From: a virus | Lineage: Duplodnaviria; Caudoviricetes | Virus record (IMG/VR): IMGVR_UViG_3300020442_001396 | Coordinates: 1 to 63,594 of that record | Reading direction: 5' to 3' (one strand) | Length of the DNA stretch: 63,594 nt | Shown: positions 1-8,205 of the stretch, piece by piece | Layout of the letters: each line of letters opens with the position of its first letter | How positions within the stretch are numbered: the stretch's first letter is position 1 | Notes under the pieces: generated by a model | The model's input: the letters and a program-made list of their open reading frames with translations, nothing else | The model's database searches: none | What the model was told of the DNA's origin: nothing | Program-made: the position numbers and the translations under genes

Positions 1-20
1 ATTATAATACGAGGGTTCAC

Positions 21-272
21 TTGGTAAAACCAATGCCCTCTTTTATTTTGACCGCTACTGACGAAGACGGAACTGTCACTACGAAGGAGTTTGAAGGTAC
101 ACTCATCCAAGATGTAGTGGAAAAGACCTCAGATTTCTTGCATGGTGTCGGTTATGTTTTTGATGATTTGATTGTTGATGAAGGCGAAGTCGAAACTGAA
201 AGTACAGACTGGACGCTGACTGATTACGTCAAAGAATATCAAGAAAGCGTAGCAACCGAAACCGAGGTGTAA
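21..272 (+). CDS. hypothetical acidic protein (ATG at 33 is an alternative start)
   Basis: ORF track; TATAAT at 3-8 upstream. Confidence 0.7.
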   Translation: MVKPMPSFILTATDEDGTVTTKEFEGTLIQDVVEKTSDFLHGVGYVFDDLIVDEGEVETESTDWTLTDYVKEYQESVATETEV

Positions 273-326
273 TCACACATCTCATATATAAAATGTAGTT
301 TACTTTAGACTGAAATCTAAGTATCA

Positions 327-512
327 ATGGGTAAGACATTTAGGCGGGGTGGTAGCGAAAAAGGTTACTACTCCTATGGCAAATCTATCCGAGATAAAAG
401 GACTCGGAACTCGAAATCAAACTTCCTCGAAGACACAAATGGCAACTACAAGTCAAAAACAAATAGAAACAAAAGATTCAATGCAAACGTCCAAGAAGAC
501 GATTGGGGATGA
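327..512 (+). CDS. small basic hypothetical protein
   Basis: ORF track; Lys/Arg-rich. Confidence 0.6.
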   Translation: MGKTFRRGGSEKGYYSYGKSIRDKRTRNSKSNFLEDTNGNYKSKTNRNKRFNANVQEDDWG

Positions 513-591
513 TATTGACTTCTATGAAGAGATCGAGATTGATGACAGTTCTGAAGTAGACACCGACTTAGATTACACAACTCAATACTAA
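439..591 (+). CDS. small acidic hypothetical protein
   Basis: ATG in the frame of track ORF 349..591; stop overlaps next ATG (TAATG). Confidence 0.45.
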   Translation: MATTSQKQIETKDSMQTSKKTIGDDIDFYEEIEIDDSSEVDTDLDYTTQY

Positions 592-767
592 TGCTATCAG
601 AACAAGATGAAACCTATAATCGTGGTTTGACTCTGTTTGAAGAGTCTTTGCATAAACCCGATCATGCCCTCAGAGCATGTGCGAGAAACCAAACATGTCT
701 TGATGAACTCTTGCAAATCCGAGATCATGTATTAGAATACACGAAGTCATTACGGAGAAAGGATTGA
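591..767 (+). CDS. hypothetical protein, 58 aa (MLSEQDETYNRGL...)
   Basis: read manually, below track cutoff; overlaps neighbouring stop/start codons on both sides. Confidence 0.7.
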   Translation: MLSEQDETYNRGLTLFEESLHKPDHALRACARNQTCLDELLQIRDHVLEYTKSLRRKD

Positions 768-964
768 GTTACCTCTATCACAGTGCATTATTTGACGTTG
801 ACGAGAAGACTCTACTCAAAGAGTCTCTCGTTAAATACGTTTCATACTTGCAGAAACGATACTTCAAAGAGAAGAATATCTCTGAAGAATTTTATCATCA
901 ACAAATGAAACACATTGAATCTATTGTAGGCAAACTGCACTTGAATGATCTCTATAAACTATGA
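764..964 (+). CDS. hypothetical protein
   Basis: ORF track; TTG start, ATGA overlap with next gene. Confidence 0.65.
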   Translation: MSYLYHSALFDVDEKTLLKESLVKYVSYLQKRYFKEKNISEEFYHQQMKHIESIVGKLHLNDLYKL

Positions 965-1587
965 CTATCGAAATGTTTTGTCCTCAATGGTATTACGTTG
1001 AGACAGTTCCAGTTGAATATCAACAGCAGATCGAAAAATTATTTGAACCTCATATCAGAGACGAGAGTATCTACAAAGAATCCCCTTGGGATTGTAACTG
1101 CCTGACTACATTTCAATCAGAGGGTAATCTTACTCTACCTTGGAATGACTGGTTAGAATGTTGTAGGTCAACACTTGATAAGATGATAGATGAAATGCAA
1201 CCTAAGATCGACATCGAAGTTGTACCTCAGGAAGCGTGGGCAAATCTATATAATAAAGGTATGCATCAAGAATACCATACTCATGAACTACCATTTTGTA
1301 ATTTGAGCATGTGTTATTTTTATGATGTGCCTGACGGAGACCCCCTGTTTCGTTTCGTATATAATGGACATGACCACTATAAAAAGTCTGGTCTAAGTGA
1401 AGCATTTGATATGCCGATTCAAACTAGAATCATCCCTAAGGCATCTAAAGGCGATCTTATTATATTTCCCTCGCATTATCCTCATTTCGTTGCTCCTAAC
1501 GTCTCTGAGACCCCTCGTATCACATTCTCAGGTAACCTGTATGTTGTGCCAAACGACAAAGCGTCACAGGTAACCCCCAAACCATAA
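961..1587 (+). CDS. 2OG-Fe(II) oxygenase superfamily protein (TIGR02466-like)
   Basis: WANLY..QEYHTH, GDLIIFPSHYPHFV and RITFSGN motifs typical of cyanophage 2OG-Fe(II) oxygenases. Confidence 0.85.
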   Translation: MTIEMFCPQWYYVETVPVEYQQQIEKLFEPHIRDESIYKESPWDCNCLTTFQSEGNLTLPWNDWLECCRSTLDKMIDEMQPKIDIEVVPQEAWANLYNKGMHQEYHTHELPFCNLSMCYFYDVPDGDPLFRFVYNGHDHYKKSGLSEAFDMPIQTRIIPKASKGDLIIFPSHYPHFVAPNVSETPRITFSGNLYVVPNDKASQVTPKP

Positions 1588-1602
1588 TATTCATGCTATG
1601 AT
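1546..1602 (+). promoter_or_regulatory. early promoter module: palindrome box plus -10
   Basis: GTGCCA-N10-CGTCAC 1546-1567; TGcTATGAT -10 at 1597-1602. Confidence 0.5.
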
Positions 1603-1798
1603 TACTCCTGTAAACAAACCTACAACGAGTGTTGGGATTATTAAATCCATCAAAAAGGCACTCAAAGAGGCAGACAAAAACCCATTCCTTTATTCCAATG
1701 AAGAAATCAGGACGCTCAAACGCAAAAAACGTGAGTGGCAAGACCTTGAACGCAGGGCAAACATCGAAGAACGCAATGGGTTCGGTCAGTACCTATAA
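1598..1798 (+). CDS. small basic hypothetical protein (start uncertain)
   Basis: ORF track. Confidence 0.6.
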   Translation: MITPVNKPTTSVGIIKSIKKALKEADKNPFLYSNEEIRTLKRKKREWQDLERRANIEERNGFGQYL

Positions 1799-1916
1799 AC
1801 TGGACAACGTACACATCGAGTACAACAGTTCATTTGATTGTGTTCAAGAGAACGAAGATGACTGGATTTCTAGTTGCTTGGGTTCTGAATATGATGTAGT
1901 AAACTCACTCTATTAA
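1776..1916 (+). CDS. hypothetical protein, 46 aa
   Basis: internal ATG of track ORF 1629..1916. Confidence 0.5.
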   Translation: MGSVSTYKLDNVHIEYNSSFDCVQENEDDWISSCLGSEYDVVNSLY

Positions 1917-1918
1917 AT

Positions 1919-2095
1919 ATGACACAGACTACTTCTTATCACATCTACTACGATGACAAAGTTTTATTCAAGAACTTAGATCTCGAAGAGTTCAGTATGA
2001 TATGGAGTAAGATCTATCGGTCTTATCATACAGACAGTCTTACATACGCTATCTGTAGGGATGAAGATCTATCCGCACTCGAACAAAGTTACTAA
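1919..2095 (+). CDS. hypothetical protein, 58 aa (MTQTTSYHIYYDDK...)
   Basis: read manually; TAATG coupling to next ORF. Confidence 0.7.
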   Translation: MTQTTSYHIYYDDKVLFKNLDLEEFSMIWSKIYRSYHTDSLTYAICRDEDLSALEQSY

Positions 2096-2283
2096 TGAGA
2101 GTCAGACTTGAACCCCGAAAAGGTAATCGGGAAGCAGAAGAAATGTTCCGTTATCATTTACATCGTGACGGATATGTTCATGTGACTGAACGTCTCGATA
2201 GGTGGTATGTTTTTCATCCAAATGCCAATACAGGTTTTTGGGTACACCCAACAAAAGACCCTAATTGGATTATGCACAAATGA
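2095..2283 (+). CDS. hypothetical protein
   Basis: ORF track; coupled at both ends. Confidence 0.7.
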   Translation: MRVRLEPRKGNREAEEMFRYHLHRDGYVHVTERLDRWYVFHPNANTGFWVHPTKDPNWIMHK

Positions 2284-2444
2284 ATGCTTACAAGATTATC
2301 TACCATAATAAGAACACACCTTGGGACAAAACAGAGATCATTACTATGGGAGAGGAATCAACGTATCATGTCATGGAACTATTCAATGAGGATGTTAATT
2401 ATGATGTACATTGTGTTAGATCGGAGACATTGCTGAATAAATAA
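2280..2444 (+). CDS. hypothetical protein, 54 aa (MNAYKIIYHNK...)
   Basis: read manually; ATGA overlap with upstream gene. Confidence 0.6.
   Translation: MNAYKIIYHNKNTPWDKTEIITMGEESTYHVMELFNEDVNYDVHCVRSETLLNK
2437..2443 (+). promoter_or_regulatory. possible T4-type late promoter
   Basis: ATAAATA at the start of an intergenic gap. Confidence 0.4.
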
Positions 2445-2536
2445 TATCAGTCAGCAGATGCTACACACACGAGGACAACAAGATGCACTAAACCCCATAA
2501 CTTCGTTATGGAAATTATGTTCTTAAGTGAGGTACA

Positions 2537-2719
2537 ATGCATAACATTTTTACACACAAACAGACTCCAGAGTTCAATCACTTCCACGCTGATACATACG
2601 AAAATGAGTTATGGAACGACTATTTCGATTGTTTAGTTGATTCCGCAAACTTAAAACACAACCAATCAGCAAAACGTATCTGTCGTTACTTAGTCCCAGA
2701 TGAGGACTGGGCAGACTAG
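2537..2719 (+). CDS. hypothetical protein (NDYFDCL...KRIC)
   Basis: ORF track; GAGGT RBS. Confidence 0.75.
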   Translation: MHNIFTHKQTPEFNHFHADTYENELWNDYFDCLVDSANLKHNQSAKRICRYLVPDEDWAD

Positions 2720-2778
2720 ACCAATCGAAGAACTGTCACATGACCCCTTGTATGGGGTCTTTTTTTATGGCATACTAT
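2718..2778 (+). promoter_or_regulatory. early promoter module with embedded terminator
   Basis: AGACCA-N10-TGTCAC 2718-2739; TGgCATACT/TACTAT -10 at 2771-2778. Confidence 0.7.
2742..2766 (+). terminator. rho-independent terminator
   Basis: GACCCC-ttgtat-GGGGTC followed by T7. Confidence 0.8.
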
Positions 2779-2797
2779 TAATAGTTAAGAAAAACGC

Positions 2798-3223
2798 ATG
2801 TCAACCAACGCACGAATCGGACTTAAACTAGCAGATGGTTCAATCCTCTCAGCATATCATCATTGGGATGGTTATCCTGAGTGGTTGGGTGTTACTCTCA
2901 ATGAGCAGTATAATACAAAAGAGAAAATTGCTGAACTTATTGATGGTGGTAACATGAGTTCATGTTGGTCAGATAATGTGTATGATTATGATAAGCAAGA
3001 GTTCGTAAAGAGAGATCCCCAACCAGAATATTACGGTGGAGATAGTGAAGCACCAAAACTAAGTAAAGATTTCGTAGAGTTTACAGAGATCTCTAACTCA
3101 GGCGAAGAGTTCTTGTATGTCTTTGATAATGGTTGGAAAGCATACTCTATTGATGAGAAGTATGATGAAAACTATAGTGTAATTGATCGCAGCATCAATC
3201 CAGTCTCAATCCCAGAGGCATAG
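2798..3223 (+). CDS. conserved phage hypothetical protein (YxHWDGYP motif)
   Basis: MST.ARIG...YHHWDGYPEWLG...EEFLYVF pattern common in phage early regions. Confidence 0.85.
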   Translation: MSTNARIGLKLADGSILSAYHHWDGYPEWLGVTLNEQYNTKEKIAELIDGGNMSSCWSDNVYDYDKQEFVKRDPQPEYYGGDSEAPKLSKDFVEFTEISNSGEEFLYVFDNGWKAYSIDEKYDENYSVIDRSINPVSIPEA

Positions 3224-3279
3224 GACAGTTCCCAAACTGTACCAAACCCCTTGACACGAGGGGTTTTTTCCTGTATATT
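3222..3279 (+). promoter_or_regulatory. early promoter module; -35 lies in a terminator hairpin
   Basis: AGGACA-N10-TGTACC 3222-3243; TTGACA 3251-3256, 17 bp, TATATT 3274-3279; hairpin AAACCCCT/AGGGGTTT plus T-run. Confidence 0.75.
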
Positions 3280-3300
3280 ATTAGTATTGAAACATTCGTT

Positions 3301-4527
3301 ATGAAACTTCGACCACATCAGCAGCGAGCATTTGATAGAATGCAGCAGTATGATATTGGTAAGGTCATCGTCCCTACAGGCGGTGGCAAAACTTACATCA
3401 TGATCGCTGATCTAGTCGAACAGCATCGCACTCGATACGATTCAATGACAGTTGTTGTTGCACCTCGTATCCTATTGGCAAACCAACTTTGTGCAGAGTT
3501 CACAGAGTTTATTACAGGTGCAGAGATTATGCACGTCCACTCAGGTGAGACACATTATCTCTCTAGCACTAAAGTTGATGAGATTCAGCAGTTCGCATGT
3601 CGTGATAAGCATAAGATCATCTTCACTACATATCATTCTTTGCATCGTGTAGTAGATGCAGGTATCAAAGTTGATACTGTTTACTATGATGAAGCACATA
3701 ATGGTACTGGTAAGCACTTCTTTATTGGTGTTGAGGGTATGGTAAGGCGAGCAACTCGTAGGTTCGCATTTACAGCAACCCCTAAGGTTGGACGTGGTGC
3801 CACTAAGAATCGTGGTATGAACAACTCACAAGTATGGGGACAGACTCTTGAGAATGTACCCGCAAAAGAGTTGATCGCAGCAGGTGCTATTCTTCCCCCT
3901 AAGGTTGTTCCCTTTAAGACTGATCGAGTCAGGGACAAGTCTAACAACTATCAAGTCGATGCAGACAACTTGATGGACATTCTTGATTCTTTGGACAGTC
4001 AGCAGTCAGCAAAAGTTTTGGTGGCAGCACCCAGTTCAAAGATTCTTGGCAACATGCTTGGTCATACTCTCATCCTTGATTATCTCAAGGAAAATGGTTA
4101 TGACGTACTACACATTACATCTAAATTTGGTGCAGTCATCAATGGCAAAAAAGTGGGACGTGAAGAGTTTTTCGATACTCTCACTAAGTGGGGCAACGAT
4201 AACGATCGCAGGTTCGTTGTTTTTCACTACAGCATCCTCTCTGAAGGTATTAATGTTAATGGTCTCACTCATACTGTTTTGTTGAGGAACTTGCCGATCA
4301 TCGAAATGGCACAGACTATTGGTCGAGTCATTCGAGTTCATAAAGATGACCGCAAATCAGTAGAGGAAGGACTTATTCCAGTTGGTGCATTCAACCTCTA
4401 CAAAAAACAGTTCGGACAAGTAACTGTTCCTACTGGTTACAAGTATGGCGATCGTATTGCACAGAGGTTGCAGAATGTCATCGACTATATCTTTGTAGAG
4501 GGAATTCCACCTCTTGCATACTGTTGA
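3301..4527 (+). CDS. superfamily 2 (DEAH, ResIII-like) helicase
   Basis: LRPHQ, PTGGGKT (Walker A), DEAH, TAT, SEGINV, QTIGRVIR motifs. Confidence 0.9.
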   Translation: MKLRPHQQRAFDRMQQYDIGKVIVPTGGGKTYIMIADLVEQHRTRYDSMTVVVAPRILLANQLCAEFTEFITGAEIMHVHSGETHYLSSTKVDEIQQFACRDKHKIIFTTYHSLHRVVDAGIKVDTVYYDEAHNGTGKHFFIGVEGMVRRATRRFAFTATPKVGRGATKNRGMNNSQVWGQTLENVPAKELIAAGAILPPKVVPFKTDRVRDKSNNYQVDADNLMDILDSLDSQQSAKVLVAAPSSKILGNMLGHTLILDYLKENGYDVLHITSKFGAVINGKKVGREEFFDTLTKWGNDNDRRFVVFHYSILSEGINVNGLTHTVLLRNLPIIEMAQTIGRVIRVHKDDRKSVEEGLIPVGAFNLYKKQFGQVTVPTGYKYGDRIAQRLQNVIDYIFVEGIPPLAYC

Positions 4528-4528
4528 T

Positions 4529-4586
4529 GTGACAGTTGTATAAGTGTCTACTACTGGTTGCAATCTGGTAGTAGATCATTTATATT
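4529..4586 (+). promoter_or_regulatory. early promoter module
   Basis: GTGACA-N10-TGTCTA 4529-4550; TATATT at 4581-4586; inverted repeat TCTACTAC/GTAGTAGA between them. Confidence 0.7.
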
Positions 4587-4592
4587 AATAAT

Positions 4593-4714
4593 GTCGAAAC
4601 AAACAAGGCATGGGTGATCTCACGCTGACTCTCGCTTACATTATCAAGTGCTAAGGGATACCTTGAGTCAGATGGAAAAGGTCTTTAAGTCGAACCTCTT
4701 AGTTTTGTTTCGAC
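4593..4714 (+). ncRNA. candidate structured RNA (~122 nt)
   Basis: 11-bp terminal stem GTCGAAACAAA/TTTGTTTCGAC starting at the predicted TSS; internal stems CTGACTC/GAGTCAG, AAGG/CCTT, AGGT/ACCT; no credible ORF. Confidence 0.6.
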
Positions 4715-4735
4715 CCACCTATATTTTTCTTTATT

Positions 4736-4891
4736 ATGATTGACGTTGAACTCACTTTTGATGAAGCATATCAGTTTATTAAACTGTATGATATTCTCAG
4801 GGATATGGATATGCCCCTAACAGAAAAGCAAATGACTGTATTTGAAAAAGTACAATATGCTCAAAGCGGTTCACGTTATCAGGGAGCATAA
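4736..4891 (+). CDS. hypothetical protein, 51 aa (MIDVELTFDEAYQF...)
   Basis: read manually. Confidence 0.7.
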   Translation: MIDVELTFDEAYQFIKLYDILRDMDMPLTEKQMTVFEKVQYAQSGSRYQGA

Positions 4892-4893
4892 TA

Positions 4894-5109
4894 ATGGTCA
4901 AAATTGAATTAACGTTAGATCAATTTATGGAACTGTATGATGCAGTCAAAGATCTACCTGACATCTATAAATCTGAAGCAGCAGCAGGAGAGTATGAATT
5001 GGACATAGGTCATCGAGATCTATTTGAAGCAGTTGAAGTACTGGAAAAAATTGCATCAAAAACTAATGTTGAAGTTATTGAATTTAAAGAGGTAGATGTT
5101 GATGAATAA
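4894..5109 (+). CDS. hypothetical protein
   Basis: ORF track; GGAG RBS. Confidence 0.75.
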   Translation: MVKIELTLDQFMELYDAVKDLPDIYKSEAAAGEYELDIGHRDLFEAVEVLEKIASKTNVEVIEFKEVDVDE

Positions 5110-5248
5110 ATACTACAACTTGGTAGATCTACCTGATGAACTTTATAACCCAATAGTAAAACAACTATGGGCAGCATTTGAAAAGCAGTATGGAGAACTA
5201 CCAGATAATGCAGAACTTTCAGTAAGGGTTTACTACGATGAAAATTGA
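5102..5248 (+). CDS. hypothetical protein, 48 aa
   Basis: read manually; GAGGT RBS; overlaps both neighbours. Confidence 0.65.
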   Translation: MNKYYNLVDLPDELYNPIVKQLWAAFEKQYGELPDNAELSVRVYYDEN

Positions 5249-5456
5249 AGATGTTACCGATAGTCCAAAAGACTGGTATGATTTTTGGTACAACTCTACA
5301 GACTATTTGAAAGAGTTGGAAGAAGATGGATTTTACTTTGATGATAATCTAGGGTTATCATATCAAATTGAAGGGTGGACTGGTCAGGATAATGATTCTG
5401 TTTCAGAGTATCAGAAAAAGATTTATGACGAAGCAGCAGATGTGACAGTTGAATAA
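5238..5456 (+). CDS. acidic hypothetical protein
   Basis: ORF track. Confidence 0.7.
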   Translation: MKIEDVTDSPKDWYDFWYNSTDYLKELEEDGFYFDDNLGLSYQIEGWTGQDNDSVSEYQKKIYDEAADVTVE

Positions 5457-5502
5457 GTGACCACTAAACCCCCCATTGGGGGTTTTTTTATGGCATTATA
5501 AT
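5442..5502 (+). promoter_or_regulatory. early promoter module with embedded terminator
   Basis: GTGACA-N10-TGACCAC from 5442; AAACCCC/GGGGTTT hairpin plus T-run ~5466-5489; CATTATAAT at 5494-5502. Confidence 0.75.
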
Positions 5503-5524
5503 AGAGTAAACACACAGAGGTCTT

Positions 5525-5725
5525 ATGGATTTGCAACTCGAACGTGAGTATGCTATTGACAACATGGCAGATTCACTCTTTGATCAAATGAAATCCCTTA
5601 TCAAAGTTGATCAGCAACTTGATGCTCTCGCAATTTGTGAAGAGTGGTTGGTAGATGGTAAAGACCCGCAAGATGGCGATTATAAGTTTATCTTCCTTAA
5701 AAACTTCACATTGGAGGACAACTAA
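5525..5725 (+). CDS. hypothetical protein
   Basis: ORF track; GAGGT RBS. Confidence 0.75.
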   Translation: MDLQLEREYAIDNMADSLFDQMKSLIKVDQQLDALAICEEWLVDGKDPQDGDYKFIFLKNFTLEDN

Positions 5726-5726
5726 A

Positions 5727-5930
5727 ATGAGAATGATTCATTCACTTTATTTTGGTAGAGCATTCTGGTTAGACGAGGACAATGAACTCATGTCTTGCCC
5801 TTGGTTAAAGGATGGTACTCTACTTGATGATCAAGCAGACTATGTTTCAGAGTGGACTGAACTAGAGGGAATCAGTTTAAGTGCATTACTTCCTATTCAC
5901 AGAGATCTATTAACAGAGGTAAAATCATGA
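5727..5930 (+). CDS. hypothetical protein
   Basis: ATG at 5727 after GGAGG, in the frame of track ORF 5655..5930. Confidence 0.7.
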   Translation: MRMIHSLYFGRAFWLDEDNELMSCPWLKDGTLLDDQADYVSEWTELEGISLSALLPIHRDLLTEVKS

Positions 5931-6172
5931 CTAGAGCAGATCAAGAATTTCAAGACTGGATAGATCAATGCCCTGACATGCTCAAGTTTAGACTTGAGTA
6001 CATTGACGTCAGAGCAGATATTGAAAACGTCATCCAAACCTATGAATATGAATTCAGCGATGATGAAACAAAAGAAGAAGTGATCGAGTCAGTACTTGAT
6101 GAGTTTTACAATCAAGACTGGGCAGACCACAACAATTTTATTTCCTACCTTATTGACGAGCAAATCAAATGA
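5927..6172 (+). CDS. acidic hypothetical protein
   Basis: ORF track; ATGA coupling. Confidence 0.75.
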   Translation: MTRADQEFQDWIDQCPDMLKFRLEYIDVRADIENVIQTYEYEFSDDETKEEVIESVLDEFYNQDWADHNNFISYLIDEQIK

Positions 6173-6399
6173 AAACTATCAATGTTCCCCTAACCTATGA
6201 TCAACTAAGTGATATGATCTATTATCTTGAGTGGAAGATCTCAGAGATAAATGAAGCAGGATGTGATCTGGAATACCCAGACATTGAGAACACACTAGAA
6301 CAATTAGTTGAGACTCAAGATAGACTCAGAGTGAGAACTAATGAAGAGTATGAACTCATGATGAAGAATAGAGCAGAAAAACCAGAAGAAATGTGGTAG
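6169..6399 (+). CDS. hypothetical protein
   Basis: ORF track; ATGA coupling. Confidence 0.75.
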   Translation: MKTINVPLTYDQLSDMIYYLEWKISEINEAGCDLEYPDIENTLEQLVETQDRLRVRTNEEYELMMKNRAEKPEEMW

Positions 6400-6400
6400 T

Positions 6401-6461
6401 GTGCCAGTTGTATTAGTGGCACACAGTTTCCCCATTCAGAGTTATTTTACTCTATTATAAT
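6401..6461 (+). promoter_or_regulatory. early promoter module
   Basis: perfect GTGCCA-N10-TGGCAC 6401-6422; TATTATAAT 6453-6461. Confidence 0.8.
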
Positions 6462-6481
6462 AGTAGTTAAGCAAAGCACTT

Positions 6482-6745
6482 ATGAACTCATCATTCAACG
6501 ATTTTATTGAATACGTCAAGTCATTCTATGGTTATGGCGGTATCTATGATCAGGGTAGAACTAGAGAGCAAATTGCTTATTGCACATGCCTCTATCTTGA
6601 TGCTATTGCTCATTATGATAGCGATGTTTATTCATGGGGTGATGGTGATAGTTTAGACAGAGAGCGTGTAAGAGACATCATGAACAACATTTATGATGGT
6701 GGTTACAATCCATTCGCACACTTAGCAGAAGAGGTGACAGCATGA
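6482..6745 (+). CDS. hypothetical protein (GDSLDRERVRD motif)
   Basis: ORF track; follows promoter module. Confidence 0.8.
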   Translation: MNSSFNDFIEYVKSFYGYGGIYDQGRTREQIAYCTCLYLDAIAHYDSDVYSWGDGDSLDRERVRDIMNNIYDGGYNPFAHLAEEVTA

Positions 6746-7020
6746 GTTGTTGCACAGAGTGTGGAAGATCTGTAGATTTTGGGTCAGGATGGTACGTTAA
6801 CAGAGTACCGTCCGATGGTGGTTACATGTGTGCAGAATGTGCATCCTTAGAATGTGATCGATGTGACCAGAAAATACCACTTGATGAAGATATTACACCT
6901 AACGATGTTTACGGATGGGATGATGATGCCCCTGTTATGTTTTATGACTTCGCACACAGAATTTGTGAATGTTGCTTAACAACAGAAGAGAGAAAACTTT
7001 ACACCTTACAATGCTCATGA
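6742..7020 (+). CDS. Cys-rich putative zinc-finger protein
   Basis: four CxxC motifs (CTEC, CAEC, CDRC, CECC). Confidence 0.7.
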   Translation: MSCCTECGRSVDFGSGWYVNRVPSDGGYMCAECASLECDRCDQKIPLDEDITPNDVYGWDDDAPVMFYDFAHRICECCLTTEERKLYTLQCS

Positions 7021-7304
7021 CATACGACAATCAAAAAGAAATCACAATCAAATTATCCAAACGTGAGTTAGGATTATTGAACCATATAACCAGAGGATTA
7101 TATCGTAGAATTGACAGCGATGTAACAGAGTGGGGTTCAAGTTGTACTGGTCACGATGTGATCGAACATGACTATTTTGGTAAAGATGCAATCGTGGGTG
7201 CTTATAAAGAAATTAAGAATGCAGTAGACTCATTCTATACTGATGAGAATGAATTAGAACTTCCTAAGGATAGCAGAGGGAACCGCAACCCAAGTTGGGT
7301 TTAG
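7017..7304 (+). CDS. hypothetical protein
   Basis: ATG at 7017 (ATGA overlap) in the frame of track ORF 6969..7304. Confidence 0.7.
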   Translation: MTYDNQKEITIKLSKRELGLLNHITRGLYRRIDSDVTEWGSSCTGHDVIEHDYFGKDAIVGAYKEIKNAVDSFYTDENELELPKDSRGNRNPSWV

Positions 7305-7361
7305 ACCACTTGACAAAGTGGCACAAGACCCCTTGATTTTTGCCCAAAAACGTGTCATACT
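7303..7361 (+). promoter_or_regulatory. early promoter module
   Basis: AGACCA-N10-TGGCAC 7303-7324; TTGATT 7333-7338, 17 bp, TGtCATACT ending 7361. Confidence 0.75.
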
Positions 7362-7388
7362 ATTAGTATAAAATTCATTCAGTTTAAA

Positions 7389-7550
7389 ATGCGATATTCA
7401 GTTCACGTCCCATCCGCCCCATTTGAAAATACAAGTTTTGTTGACTTGGATGACTGTTGGGGTCTTTGCTATGATCTTGCCCAAGAATATGGATATGCCG
7501 AAGTGCGTTATGGTGCATGTTTGATGGGTTCCTATACAGACAAAGATTAA
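7389..7550 (+). CDS. hypothetical protein, 53 aa (MRYSVHVPSAPFEN...)
   Basis: read manually; lies exactly between two promoter modules. Confidence 0.75.
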   Translation: MRYSVHVPSAPFENTSFVDLDDCWGLCYDLAQEYGYAEVRYGACLMGSYTDKD

Positions 7551-7594
7551 ACTGGCACACAGTTCCCCCATATTTCAAATCAATCCTTTATAAT
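7537..7594 (+). promoter_or_regulatory. early promoter module
   Basis: CAGACA-N10-TGGCAC 7537-7558; TATAAT 7589-7594. Confidence 0.75.
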
Positions 7595-7600
7595 AGAATC

Positions 7601-7804
7601 ATGAATCAATTCCTCTACACAATCGAAACACCCGCCAAAACAATCGGTGGTGATGTTTATACAAATGACCTTGAGACCGCTGAAAACGGATGCATCGAAT
7701 GGGCATCCGATTATGGTTACTCATGTGTTCGCAATAATGTCACAGGCGAAATTGTCTTTGACTATGGTGACATTTTTGAAATGGTCGAGCAAGGCATTGT
7801 GTGA
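7601..7804 (+). CDS. hypothetical protein (probably leaderless mRNA)
   Basis: ATG 7 nt after TATAAT, in the frame of track ORF 7517..7804. Confidence 0.7.
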   Translation: MNQFLYTIETPAKTIGGDVYTNDLETAENGCIEWASDYGYSCVRNNVTGEIVFDYGDIFEMVEQGIV

Positions 7805-7858
7805 CAGTTGAATATGTGTCACACACTTCCTCGCATTGGGTATCAAATGCCCTATAAT
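7801..7858 (+). promoter_or_regulatory. early promoter module
   Basis: perfect GTGACA-N10-TGTCAC 7801-7822; TATAAT 7853-7858. Confidence 0.8.
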
Positions 7859-7882
7859 AAGAATAACAAACAAAGGAGACAA

Positions 7883-8047
7883 ATGTCACACGCAGTCAAC
7901 ACCGAAATCCTTGAAAATCTTTATGAAGAAATTCTTGATGATCTCTCAGCAAAAAACATTCAATGGGGCATCATGGCACCAATGTCAAGACTCGAAGAGA
8001 TCGCAGCAAAGGAAGCAGAAAAAAGATTCGAGGAGTTAGCACAATGA
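7883..8047 (+). CDS. hypothetical protein
   Basis: ATG at 7883 after AAGGAG, in the frame of track ORF 7808..8047. Confidence 0.75.
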   Translation: MSHAVNTEILENLYEEILDDLSAKNIQWGIMAPMSRLEEIAAKEAEKRFEELAQ

Positions 8048-8205
8048 AGGGTTTAAACATCGATCTCACAAATGGACAGTACTCAATGTTATATGACATT
8101 GTAGTAAAGGCAAATCCAGTTGATGCAGATCCCAACTTTGACGTCCAAACATATGACAATCTATTGGACGCTATTTGTAAAGCAACAGTTACTTATCTCA
8201 AATGA
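8044..8205 (+). CDS. hypothetical protein
   Basis: ATG at 8044 after GAGGAG, in the frame of track ORF 7963..8205. Confidence 0.7.
   Translation: MKGLNIDLTNGQYSMLYDIVVKANPVDADPNFDVQTYDNLLDAICKATVTYLK

Noticed and set aside
2537-2719. CP12
   Set aside because: Lacks the AWDxVEEL core and the C-terminal C-x8-C motif.
3301-4527. UvsW or a complete type III restriction system
   Set aside because: Only generic SF2 motifs; no nuclease domain or methyltransferase partner, so left as a helicase.
4593-4714. tRNA, hammerhead ribozyme or retron msr-msd
   Set aside because: No cloverleaf (minus-strand GGTTCGAC lacks a T-stem), CTGACTC is not CUGANGA, and no reverse transcriptase is present in the window.
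7384-7578. Minus-strand 64-aa ORF from the track
   Set aside because: Antisense to a better-supported plus-strand 53-aa gene that has a promoter and a paralog.
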